A stretch of 64,000 nt of DNA from positions 31,624,962-31,688,961 of the forward strand of contig NC_068993.1 in the NCBI RefSeq assembly GCF_001194135.2. Direction: 5' to 3'. A model generated the notes under the pieces. That model made no database searches and had not been told where the DNA came from. It saw nothing but the letters and a program-made list of their open reading frames with translations. The DNA comes from Octopus bimaculoides (taxonomy: Eukaryota). The translations under genes and the position numbers were made by a program. Positions 38,555-51,010 of the stretch are shown here, piece after piece. Each line of letters opens with the position of its first letter. Position 1 is the first letter of the stretch.

Positions 38555-39680
38555 AAATGACGAAGATATGTGGTGTAGACAACAAACAGATGTATTAGTT
38601 TAACGATCAGGAAGTGAAAAATTCTTTAACGTTTCGAGCCTACGCTCTTCCACAGAAAGGAACACAGAAAGAAATAAGGAGAGAAAATAAAGAATGTGTG
38701 GTGGCTAGCGATCTATCATGGCGAATGCCGGACAGAGGGGTCACACAGGAGAACTAGGAAGAAGGGAAGATAATAAAGTAGTGGTGATCCCAAAACGAAT
38801 GTGCGCGTGAGTGCATATAAGAGTGCATATGTGTGCGTGTGGAAAAGGGTTGGTGACCTTGATATGTCCGTGTGTGTATGTGTAGGTGTGTGGATCATGG
38901 TGTGGGCTTGGAAGTGGTCAGTGCTAGTGTGTGCGTGGTGGTGTGATGTGATATGGTGTTGTGAGGTATGGTGTGGTGGTGTGGGGTGTTGTGTGGTGGT
39001 GGTGGTGTTGGGATGTGGGGGAGGCGAGAGTGGGGAAAGCAAGTGAGGCGTGAGGTTACGAGGGAGGGTTGATGATGAAGGGAGAGGGAAAGGGAGAAGG
39101 TTGGTAGGAGTGAAGAGAAGAGAGAAGGAGTGTAGGAGTGATGAGAAGTAGGAGTCGGAGCAAGAGAACTGGGTGGGAGGAAATAGGTGTGAGAGGGAGA
39201 GAGAAGAGGGGAGGAGGGTTAAATTAAGAGGGCTAGAGAGTTGAGCCCATATGGAGCAAAAGTGCGAAGAGAGAAGATTAATCTCTGTTCACGACGAAAA
39301 CGGGAGTCCAGAAGGCCCCTGTGCAAGGACAATCCGAGCACAGGCAGGTGTTGCAAAGAGTGATCGGTAGAACGGAAATGGCACGAGACCGGGCTAGTCA
39401 GCCAAACAGCGTCCCGTTTGCCCGATATATAAAAAAGGGCAGAGAGCGCAGGAGATGCAGTAGTTGACATTGGTAGAAGAGTAGGTGAAGGAGTCGGTGA
39501 TATGATAGGGTCGATGCTGGGTGCCGGTAAAGAGGGTGGTCTTGGAGTGGTACGGGCAAGTGCGGAAGCGTGGGTGGGAGCAGGGCAACGAGCCGGGTTG
39601 GGAGGTTGGGTTAGGGAAGAAGCTGTGGATCAAGAGGTCTCGTGGTTATGGGCTCGTTTGAAGGAAGATAGAGCGGTCGG
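38555..39680 (-). mobile_element. Penelope-like element, 5'-truncated (GIY-YIG domain, 3' region, terminus)
   Basis: FKRAHN / PGSLPCSHPRFRTCPY...DSFTYSSTNVNYCISCALCPFLYIGQTGRCLAD / RREQRLIFSLRTFAPYGLN; 3' part homologous to 6785-7735. Confidence 0.9.
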
Positions 39681-39771
39681 ACTGGAAACTGCGCTTGCGC
39701 GGTGAACTTGAAAGGTTATAATATATAATGATGTGGCACGTGTCTCTAAACTATATGTTAATTGTTATGGC

Positions 39772-39846
39772 GCGGTCAATGATGAGAATTTCGCCTAGCA
39801 AATTATTTTACTTGCTAAATAAAATTCGAAATCTAGGCATGACTGT
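39772..39846 (+). ncRNA. Hammerhead motif, family 2 copy a (mutated core)
   Basis: GCGGTCA ATGATGA GAATTT..TAGCAA..TTGCTA..AAATTC GAAA TCTAG GCA TGACTGT; C3>A and GTC>GCA relative to copy b. Confidence 0.6.
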
Positions 39847-40237
39847 AAAAATAATAACAAGGTAAAAGATTTTATTTTTCATTCCCTTCGAAATTACTCT
39901 TAAATGTGGTTTTGGTCGTTTTGACTGGTTCTTCTAGCGTGTAAAGCTACCTGTTAAAGGTTGCTTTTCCTGGGCTTAAATGTACACTATTTTATATTGA
40001 AAATATGTTGTCAATTGACTTTTTATACGTGTAAGGCCATTGGTAGTGAAATTCCTAAAACCCGCTACCCTACATATTTTACGTATATGATTTTTAGCAT
40101 TTTCAGAAGATTAGTGCGGCATTTTTTCATTTGCTGCTGACTGAAAACTGCGCTTGCGCGGTGAATTTGAAAAATTATAATATATAATGATGAGACACGT
40201 GTTATTTGTCTCTAAATTATATGCTAATTGTTATGGA

Positions 40238-40312
40238 GCAGTCACTGATGAGAATTTCGCCTAGCAAATTATTTTATTAGCTAAATAAAATTCGAAATCT
40301 AGGTCTGACTGT
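40238..40312 (+). ncRNA. Type I hammerhead ribozyme, family 2 copy b (intact canonical core)
   Basis: GCAGTCA CTGATGA GAATTT-(30 nt)-AAATTC GAAA T CTAG GTC TGACTGT: 7-bp stem I, G-C closed stem II, minimal stem III with palindromic CTAG loop, GUC triplet. Confidence 0.85.
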
Positions 40313-40923
40313 AAAAGAATAGTAAGGTAAAAGTTTTTATTTTACATTCCCTTCGAAATTGCTCTTAAATGTGGTTTTGATCGTTTTCATTGCTTCTTCT
40401 AGCGTATAAAAACTATTTAAATGNNNNNNNNNNNNNNNNNNNNNNNNNNNNNNNNNNNNNNNNNNNNNNNNNNNNNNNNNNNNNNNNNNNNNNNNNNNNN
40501 NNNNNNNNNNNNNNNNNNNNNNNNNNNNNNNNNNNNNNNNNNNNNNNNNNNNNNNNNNNNNNNNNNNNNNNNNNNNNNTATATAAACATATATACATGTA
40601 TATATATGTATGTATGTATGTATGTATATGTATATGAAGGATATTTGAACTTTTTTATTATATAAAAATTGTAACACATGTCTTTGAGTACACGCATATA
40701 CACCCGCAGACACTTGTCTCTCTATGCTTGTAAAAATAAACAATTTATAACTGCAGTGAGATATATTTTCCTGAAAATTTTACTGTTGGTCCCAAGGGCT
40801 CGATGGATTTTGACATTAGTATATTTAATTATATCGCATGTAGAGTTAGATTAACACATAAATGAAGTGACTCAGGAAAACAAACTGTGCTATGTCGAAA
40901 CATAGTAATTATATAGCCAGAAT

Positions 40924-41082
<159 letters not shown>

Positions 41083-41459
41083 TAGCTGGCTAATTCGCAA
41101 TTTTACAACCTGAAGGCAGAAATATATATGACACTAATGTGACGAAGGTCACTAATCGGTACTAGTATTGCTAGAAATAAGAGTCAAAACAACTCAAAAG
41201 CCACAGACTCACTATCTTAATGACTGACAAGCTCCCTACAGCAGCAGATATATCCAGATCATCGATTGGTTTTGCATTTTGATGCTTACGCATCATAATG
41301 TTCAGGGGTGGTTCTCACTGCGCCTAAAGCTAAACTCAGTTTGCCATGTCAGCTTATAAGATTTCCGTTGAAATCATGAGCTGATTTCATGAAAGGTGAA
41401 AGTGAGAATTATTCATTCCAATGTAGAGATATCACCTTAATTATATTGTAAAAATAAAA

Positions 41460-42005
41460 GAAAGACTCTCGGTCTTTCTTTTTTTTTTTGTATGAGTGTG
41501 AAAGGATATGTGAATGGGTGTGTGTATGTGTGAGTGTGTACACGCATGTTTATGTATGTATATGATAATGTGTGCGTAGACGCGTATGTGTGCGCATGCG
41601 AGTATCTGCGCCTGTGTGCTCATGTGAACTAAGTCTAAACCCTTTAGCATTCAGATTACTGTGTTAAATGGTCATATATGAGAGGTTATATCTGGCTGGT
41701 TTGAACATAGAACGGTTTGAATATCTGAGCCCGTTTTGGCCGGTTTAAATGCTTAAATGTTAAACGAGCTCATTATAAACAAGTGGAGAAGTAGGAAGTA
41801 TTCCAAGTGTATCAGACGCCTAAAAATACATGCAGGTCAATGTCGAATGATCGAAAAGACTAGAGGCAGAATTTCTTGTTTATTTCAAGTGTTTCGGACA
41901 GGATGGACCTTGCTAGAGTCACTGAATTAACAATCGGTGAGACAAGTAGCTACTTTTTGACCACAACCGATTACACGTAATATGGCTTCTACTAAATTCT
42001 GGTAA
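41460..42005. repeat. Diverged duplicated block, copy 2 (partner 35385-35785)
   Basis: Same ordered motifs as copy 1, with an extra segment of about 130 bp around 41610-41735. Confidence 0.85.
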
Positions 42006-42629
42006 CCTCTGATTTTAATTCATCAGACAACCAGCATTACCTTTACATACGGATAAATTTGGATATATCGATATATCCACTCATCTTCATCGATTTGATC
42101 CTCATCGTTATCCAAGGTCTTTTTGCTGAACTCGTACATACAATCAACTGCATAAAAAGTAGGATATTTAAATTCTGATCAAAGCGCATACTTCCTGCGG
42201 CTTGGAAGATGCACAAATGTCATTTGCAAATTTGAATCCGGTATCCCGTGTATTCATTCATTTAATTGTTCGATAGATGAAAGGTAACAAATAATTCTGT
42301 AAATAAATGCTCCGTTTTTTCATCATTTATGGTATGATGAACCTAAATTATCCCTTACCTAGTCAATGCCACTGAGCTATGTGAACTGTTGGAATTAAAA
42401 AAGTTACGCAACATTGTTTATCATATTTGGCTTTTACTGGTAATTACATTATGCGAAAACATGAATCAGAAGCATAAACATCAATGCCTACACATGCAAC
42501 GTGCATACATACAAACTTGGCTATTCATTACACACTCACACACAGACACACATATGTTTGAAAGTAGATATTCTAATTAATAGAATGTCAGTGAAGCAGC
42601 ATATTTCTGCTGTAATGCAGAGTGTATCG

Positions 42630-42810
42630 TACCTGTAGCTTAAAGGGCCAGCCTTGTCACATTCTGTGTCACAATGAATTTCCATGTATACTATGTTGAG
42701 GGTACGCATGTCTGTAGAGTGCTCAGACACTTGCACGTTGACTTCACGATCAGGCTGTTTCGCTGATCGACTCAGCTGGAACACTCGTCGTCGTAGCCGA
42801 CGGAGGGCTA
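42630..42810 (+). mobile_element. SINE family B, 3' fragment (diverged)
   Basis: aaagggccagccttgtcacattctgtgtcac...gtctgtagagtgctcag.cacttgcacgtt...caggctgtttcgctgatcg...gacgg. Confidence 0.8.
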
Positions 42811-44689
42811 GGTAGCGTGTGTTGTTTTCTTGGTGTATAAGTTGGTTAGATGAACGAGTTCATTTGCCTTTAAATAGATACCATGACATAAACGACATAA
42901 ATCCTCACAATAAAAAGTAACAGCACTGTGAAAGTTAGGAATTTCATTGGCTTCCAATATTAACATTGAAAAAATACAGTGGATCCATACACACACACAC
43001 ACGCACACACACACACACACACATGTGTGTGTGTGCGTATATGTACACACACACATACATACATACATACATACATACATGCATACATAATACATTAGCT
43101 CTTCGTATAGCTGAAAAGTGTTAAAAACCAGATACTAAAGTGTATTACAGCTATTCATAAAACGCAGTTGATATATTAGAAAAGGAAAAAATGAAACCCT
43201 TCTCAAACGTGCAAATTGTTGTGTAACTTCAGAAGACTAATGTAATTTTCGCTAATTCTATGGAAATGAAGCTACATAACGAATCGTTGTAATAATTTAC
43301 AAAATACAACAAACGAATGGATAGGGGAAAATATCATATTTTGATACAATGTTTGGGGAATAAAGCGTAGAAGCTGCATTAAGTGTAGCATATGGTGATT
43401 AATTCAGTGATGAGATGTTTTACACTAGTAATAAGGTAGTTGCTGATCTACTAGAGATAGCAGCAAAGTTTGTTTCAAATCTTACATTATTGTTTTAGGT
43501 AAAGATAGCAAAGTGGGGAATGTAATTCCTATAATACAAAACAAAGAAAATTAACGAAATGATCACTTTCAACAGGTTTATTTCATTGGAACCGACTAAA
43601 GACTAAACAAAAGCAACAATATTGTCGGATACTACAGCCAAATTATTGCCTAATCGGGGAAAGAAACACGAAATCATTGGCCAAAATTCAGAGTCAGTGT
43701 GAGGCAGAATGAGAGAAAAAAAACTTTAAAATAGTATGCCATGATGCTTGGTTACACTCAAAACGACATCATTTTTTACTAAATCCATTTTATTAAACAT
43801 TGTTTCTGTCTACACTCCGACACTACTTGTCTTTTGTGCAGTATCCCAGTAATCTTCGTTAAGTCATAATATCTGTAAGCCGAGTGGAGCAGCTTTCTTA
43901 TTTACCCCGTTGACCACAGGATATTTGTGAGTTTTATCTTCCTGTTAGATTCCAGTAATATCCACTTGCAAAGTGAGATGGGTTTTGTTATGTTTGTGCA
44001 CCTTTAAACAAATGAGCGTTGGAGGTAGTGAGGCCAACCTAAAAATTTTGGCGAAAACGCGGATGTTTTCACTAGATAGAAGCTACGTGTCACCCCTCCT
44101 ATCCTACTTCACTCTGTAGATGGGTGGAATGAAACACACTAGACCAGTGACACTAGTCAAGCCGCCCTTCCCTTCTTCCGACAAAGAATGTTTACTAGTT
44201 CTATTTACGCAACTAGACAATAAGTATGTTTACTAAACACTTGCACTGAAGTATATTTGAACACATCTCTATACATACACACATGCATAGACATGTATAT
44301 ATGTATGTAAACATATATCTACTCATGGGCACACATATGCACATACCATGCACATACACAGATACACACACAAACACGCACACACACACACAAACACACA
44401 CACACACTTATTCTCAATAGATATACCGGCAAACAGATGTATATACATATTTGCACGCACTTATGCGAGTGTACATAGGTATGGGAACATCAAAACATAA
44501 ACAGCAATATTTTCACCTATTTGTTTTATTAAATTCACTATATTTCCTATCCATATATAATATTTATACTATGGTGAGTTGCAAATCGACAAAACCATGG
44601 CCATTAACTAAAACCTAATAGGAATTCGATATTTATAGCGAAGTGGCAAATATGTAGTTTACACTATTTACACCCAAGTATGGAAGTAT

Positions 44690-44710
44690 CAGTTTATTAT
44701 TATTATTATT

Positions 44711-44750
<40 letters not shown>

Positions 44751-44850
44751 TTGTTGTTGTTAATATCATTATTTTTGTAGTTGTTGTTATTATTATCATT
44801 ATTATCAGCAACATCATCATCATCATCATAATAATAATAATAATAATCTA
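44690..44850. repeat. Compound (ATT)/(GTT)/(CAT)/(AAT) microsatellite
   Basis: Directly visible; source of the polyN/polyD ORF. Confidence 0.95.
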
Positions 44851-45474
44851 CAAATAAATGCGTTACATCGGTTTCGATGTGTTTCTGTATATTTTCATCA
44901 GGTGTTAACAATATCTGCACGTTTGTGTGAATATGTAATATTAAATACATCTCCCCACATACTGCATGGCGAGGAGTGTACACGTAAAGCAATTAGATGA
45001 GGAAATTTAAAAACCGGAAGTCCTTTCTGGTTACTATCTTTTACAAGGCAATTTAATTTACTTTGGCGTAAATGCTGTAGGAATTTCATAATATAATTTA
45101 AAAACACAGATAAAAATGTGCGCAGACATGAGTAGACACATTACACTCAGTTACACGCGAGTACACGTACATACATGTACACATAACAGATAATGCTATT
45201 ATGAATTTTTTATGGACAAAACTTGCGAAATAAGAGCCAAAAGATTAAATTGTGAAATGAAGTGTCGATTGAACAAGGAAAATATTTTTTTCTTTTGTAA
45301 ATTCAATAATTTGATAGTCACTTTAAATGAATAATTACGTGAAGTAGGAAATGCCAATTATCTGGCTAGCCAGCAACATATTTATCTACCTAGCTTGCTG
45401 CAATATGCTTGTAAATAAAACAGCAATATATATATATATATATATATATGTATANNNNNNNNNNTATATATGTA

Positions 45475-46340
45475 TACAAATAATAAATGAATATATGCAT
45501 ATATACGTACATGTATGTACATACCTACATTACTTGTATATATAGATGCATATCTGGGTACAGGACGTTGCAAACAAAACGTAGACAAAATGATAAACAG
45601 AGTACAGAAAACACACAGGCCACATAGAGAACATTTCCTTCATCAGCTGCCACCATTCTAAAACTAAGCGTTTCGAAGAGTAGGGCAGGACGCATCGTTA
45701 GAATGGCTCTTCCCACGAACCACAAATTAAATTTGTACCATGGTGGAATGTAGTGGCGGACAAAAAAACAAGACAGGAAAACGAAACAGTGAATATAAAC
45801 AAAAAAGGCTATACGGCCAGACGTGAAAAAATATGTGTATACTGAACGCCGCGAAGCAACGAACTGGAAGGAAGCGGGACGAAGAATGTTCGTGTGCGTG
45901 CTTGGTGATAGCCAAGATAAGAAAGGAAGTAGGGCTGGACACATGTGACCAGCGAGGGGTAAGGAGAAAGAGTGGCAGAGGGAGATAAAAGTGTAGGAAG
46001 TAGAATATAGGTGAGCAACGAGAGACAGAGAGAAAGAGAGATATATAGTAGTAACAGAAGGAAGAACGAGAGGGGGGAAAAGATACACAGATAGATAGAG
46101 TCGCGTCAGAAATATAAAGTTCAAAACTTACTTGCAGGGACGACGCGTGCGTTCGATCATGTGATACAAATAATAAATGAGTATGTGCATATATACGTAC
46201 AAGTATGTACATACCTACATCTACCTGTATATATAGATGCATATCTGGGTACAGGACGTTGCAAACAAAACGTAGACAAAATGATAACCAAAGTACAGAA
46301 AACACACAGGCCACATAGAAAACATTTCCTTCATCAGCTG
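45475..46340 (-). mobile_element. Partial tandem of a Penelope-type terminal repeat
   Basis: 45475-45648 and 46165-46340 are about 175-bp near-identical direct repeats containing cagctgatgaaggaaatg on the minus strand; CT-rich spacer; no ORF. Confidence 0.65.
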
Positions 46341-47429
46341 ATATATATGTGTGTGTGTGCATGTATATATATCAGTGGGAACTCCGGCACTCGAGCGGTT
46401 CGGGCTTAGTCCGAGTATAAATTTAGTAAAGTGAACGTGTATCTACAAGCTGATTTAATTTCTGCTAACACTGACTTCAAGTTTGTAATTGCATCCAATA
46501 ACTTGCGCTCTTTTTATTGAGCCTCATCGCAGTTCATTAACTTTCGTTCACCGTCTTGCGGTCGTCTTAAAGTTGCCCTGTGTCAAAAAATATCATTCAT
46601 AGCAGATGTTCTCTCAATATCGTTGACCTGCGCCTGACTCGGTCTCAGAGCTTATAACCCGAATTGTTATAGGTAATCGTAAAAATTAAAAGTAATTCAA
46701 ACTCAATATTTTCTTGACAATGAATTTCTATAGAGATTAGGATTTAAATTCCAATCTATGAAATGTTTCCGTTCTACAATATTTTTATAGGAACGAAAAA
46801 TTATCCAGTAACTCGGACTAATACGAACGAGCCTAGTAGGTGTAAAATAACTGACATCTCATGTCAAGAGCAGGGGCGACAGTCAATTGCTGATGTTTGT
46901 TGTGCACTTTGCTGTCGTTACTTGATTGTTGTTATTCTGTGCGTATGTATGTAAAGATCAGTTGTGTTTTGCGGGGTTGTTTTATTTTTACCCTTAACTT
47001 ACAAATGGAGAAAGACAGTACTTGATATAAAAAATAATCCATTTGGGCCTAGAAATATTGCGAAAAAAACGTGAAATTCTTCGAGCAGGCATGTGTCATG
47101 NNNNNNNNNNNNNNNNNNNNNNNNNNNNNNNNNNNNNNNNNNNNNNNNNNNNNNNNNNNNNNNNNNNNNNNNNNNNNNNNNNNNNNNNNNNNNNNNNNNN
47201 NNNNNNNNNNNNNNNNNNNNNNNNNNNNNNNNNNNNNNNNNNNNNNNNNNNNNNNNNNNNNNNNNNNNNNNNNNNNNNNNNNNNNNNNNNNNNNNNNNNN
47301 NNNNNNNNNNNNNNNNNNNNNNNNNNNNNNNNNNNNNNNNNNNNNNNNNNNNNNNNNNNNNNNNNNNNNNNNNNNNNNNNNNNNNNNNNNNNNNNNNNNN
47401 NNNNNNNNNNNNNNNNNNNNNNNNNNNNN

Positions 47430-47465
<36 letters not shown>

Positions 47466-48349
47466 ACAGGAAGGACAACAAAAGAAAGAAAGAAACCTCG
47501 ATAGCATGCAAATAGAGGAATTGATCTGTTAAATATGTGACACTTATTCAGGAGTCAGGATTTATTTCGTCACTATATTTCTCAACATTGGAATACTTCA
47601 TAAAAATATACGTAAATATAAATACGTAGATACAATATAAATTATAAAACCTAAATATACTCGCATGATATTCTTATCAGTACGCCTTTAACAATCCTAT
47701 TAATAACACTTCGGAGATGATTAGCATGCATGTATTGACTAGTTTTGTTGGGTTTATGAAAAGGATAATATAAGCCATTATTTAGATTTAGAGTTACATC
47801 AAGAAAACTGACTGCTTTAAAAATATTTTCAAATATTACATCTAGGTTATATGTCTTAAGTAAACATTTTCTTGTTCTGTACTTTACCAGATGTAATAAG
47901 TTGTCCTGAACTCTTCCAAGTGTAATAATTTGTCCTGTAATTTTCCAGGTTTATAATCTTAACAATATTATTTATCTTGCTCATATTTTTCCATGTAGTC
48001 CATGTTTATTCGAGTCAATGCTATAATGCTAATTAATAATATGTCAAATATGTCAATTAGCGGTGTCGTTGATAATTATTTCGCTACCGCAATGACGCCG
48101 GTGACATATATTAAAAGTCCCCTTTATAGAATTATATTCATAAAAATGTATAGAACTATATTATCAACCTCAAATTTGACAAACAGACACTCATAACTTT
48201 TTTCTTTGAAAACTTCATTCCATGAGATTGACACCATGGTATTCCTCGAATTGATCTCTATCATTTTAGCTTAATTAAAATATAGTCTGCTTTTGAAATA
48301 AGAATTATACTTAAATCAAATGTTTTGCCCTATATTTTTTTCGTGATAT

Positions 48350-48650
48350 TTTACGTCCAGGGAAACTGACGAAAAGGCTCTTGATTATTTATCAGAACAA
48401 TGCTCCAGGACACAACTTCTTTTCAATGGCTATTGTGTGAGCGCGGCTTTGAACTGATTGATCGCCTCCATATTCTCCTGATTTGGCCCCATCTTACTAT
48501 CATCTGTTCCCCCAACATGAAAAGTCTTTTGACAGGGAACTAGTATCGCAGTGATGGTGTCATCTTTGCTGTTGAGGACTTTTTGACCAAGTTGAAAGCT
48601 TCTTCACAATTAGGATCGAAGCACCACTACAACACCCATGGAAAAATGTG
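48350..48650 (+). pseudogene. Mariner-family transposase C-terminal fragment
   Basis: YQNNAPGH...ERGFELID / PYSPDLAPSYYHLFPNMK..L.GN*YRSDGVIFAVEDF matches mariner QDNAPxH and YSPDLAPxD motifs. Confidence 0.85.
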
Positions 48651-49417
48651 CAGCCCATATACATCTGTTATTTCAGTTGAGTCATTAAGAACCATACAGA
48701 CATCAAAAGTTCTTCAATATATTTTATTGAGACAGGTTAGAATTTCACTTTTGTTGGTTCGTAAATTTATCTCAAATTCAAATTCTTCTCAATTTATGAA
48801 ACATAACTTTACATACTTGTGCTCGGGACATAATAACACAGTTATGATATTATTGAATATCAAATTTCTTATCAATTGGCATATTTGTTATATTACAGAA
48901 CCAACCGATAATTGCGTGGGATTTGAACTTGGTCCTGTATTTTAAATATGATCTTATCAAGAATTACTCAAGTTTCACTATATTTAATTTCGTGTGATTA
49001 TTAAAATTGAAACATGTCTATGGAATTCTGCATTGTGGTCTTTAAGCTTGTAAAGTTGTCTGCGGTTAAAAAATTCAGTACAATCATTTATGCAGGAATT
49101 AGAAGTTATTTCAATATTTGTTGTTAAGTTCATTAAGAGTGTTCTGATTTGTTTTCAGTAAGCATTTACCAATAACTTGAATATCAATGAAGAGTATGAA
49201 TAACTGTCTAGTTGGAAATCTTCCTAATCTTGTATGAAAAGCAAAGAGCCAGAAGCTGGTGAAATTTCAGCTGAAGAAGGAGAAAAATCAATCATTCATG
49301 GAAGACACTCTTACTCTTAGTGGGAGGATATTATGATATGGGTGGGGTGAACCGCAGAGCTCAATACCAGATGAAAGACACGAAAACGTATACTCTGAGA
49401 AATAATTATCTACCTAA

Positions 49418-49590
49418 GGCAGCGCGCCGGCAGAATCGTTAGCACACCAGGCAAAATGATTAACAGCATTTCATTCGTCCTTGCATTCTGAGTTCAGATT
49501 CCGTCAGGGTCGATTTTGCTTTTCTTCATTTCGGGGTTGAGCTCTTGGGTCGCTGCAACCCAAACTTGCTGGCCTTGTGCCAAAATTTGA
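49418..49590 (+). mobile_element. SINE family C (internally deleted)
   Basis: ggcagcgcgccggcagaatcgttagcacaccaggcaaaatg...ttctgagttcagattccgtcagggtcgattttgct...ggccttgtgccaaaatttga. Confidence 0.8.
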
Positions 49591-50759
49591 AAGCAATATT
49601 TGTCCATCTCAAATAAACGTTTACATAGATTCAAGAGCTACCAATGAGAAATGAGAAAATAGAGTCATCGAAGATTTTCACAAAATAAGAAGATAATCAT
49701 CATGAGATTCGATCGACAATGCTAAACAAACAAGAACCATATGAATACCTGTGTGCTATTGCCGCGTGTGTGCGTGTGTGCGTGTGTGCGCGCGTGCGTG
49801 TGTGCGCGCGTGCGTGTGTGCGCGCGTGCGTGTGTGTGCGCGTGCGTGTATGTGTGTGTTTTAATATGCATCAAAGATAAACTATGGAATGAGAGAAAAC
49901 GATATGCAGTTTTCAAGAAACTGAAAATTTTTGTGCTTGTTACTCTCATTAAATATCGTAACAGGATTGTTTAGTAAAAAGACGAGAATATTAAATAAAT
50001 GCAAATACAGAAGAATGAAGTCGCCTTTAATAAAACATTTATTCTGTGCGCATATTTTATATAAAGATAAACATGTACACATACATTAATAAATATGTAT
50101 GATTTACGTTCATGTATATAATATTCAGATGTGCATATAAGCATATATAAATATATCTACAGGTACGCTTGTATGTCCGTGGCGAAATGTAAAAATGTAA
50201 TAATAAATGTATATGCGTCTGCATATATATTTTCAGATAAATGGAAAAGGAATTATATGGGCTAGGTTTGTAAACACCATAGTTTTTTGTTTCTGGAATA
50301 ATAAACAATGGAGTTTAAATGATGTCAATATACATACACACACACACGCACACACGCACAAAAACACAAAAAACACTAACACCCACCACCCCTCACACAC
50401 ACACACAAAGTGTTGACTGTAAATAATCGAAGAGTTTGAATGTTTTCATGTTGCCATCACAAATATATAAATATATTCGTATGCATGCATGTGCTTTGCA
50501 TATACATATATGCGTATAACGAATTGTATGCATATGCTTGAGCGCATATATATATATATATATATAGTTTTTTTCTGTGTGTGTGCGTAGGTGTATGGGC
50601 TTACGCATACCTGTATACGTACACAAATACATATATATAATTATATATATATACATACACAGGCATTATAAATGTAAGTATGTATGTGTACATGTACACA
50701 TAAGATACTTATGCATACGGACATTTCTATAATAAATCCGTACTTATACATCTATATAC

Positions 50760-51010
<251 letters not shown>

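Larger units (their letters stand above)
39680..40423 (+). repeat. Tandem direct repeat (39680-39950 vs 40140-40420), truncated by gap
   Basis: Both copies begin gactg(g/a)aaactgcgcttgcgcggtgaa and align over about 275 bp; AT-rich, no ORF. Confidence 0.92.

Noticed and set aside
43795-44100. IVSVYTPT, similar to a LINE APE motif
   Set aside because: Single short motif with no other recognisable conserved blocks.
44862-44905. Minus-strand CTGATGA...CATC-GAAAC-CGATGTA
   Set aside because: Stems I and II do not pair; at best a decayed PLE terminus.
46372-46830. cagtgggaactcc...ctcgag, resembling a Tigger-type end, and a coiled-coil-like minus frame
   Set aside because: No matching second TIR, and the frame has an internal stop; cannot be supported.
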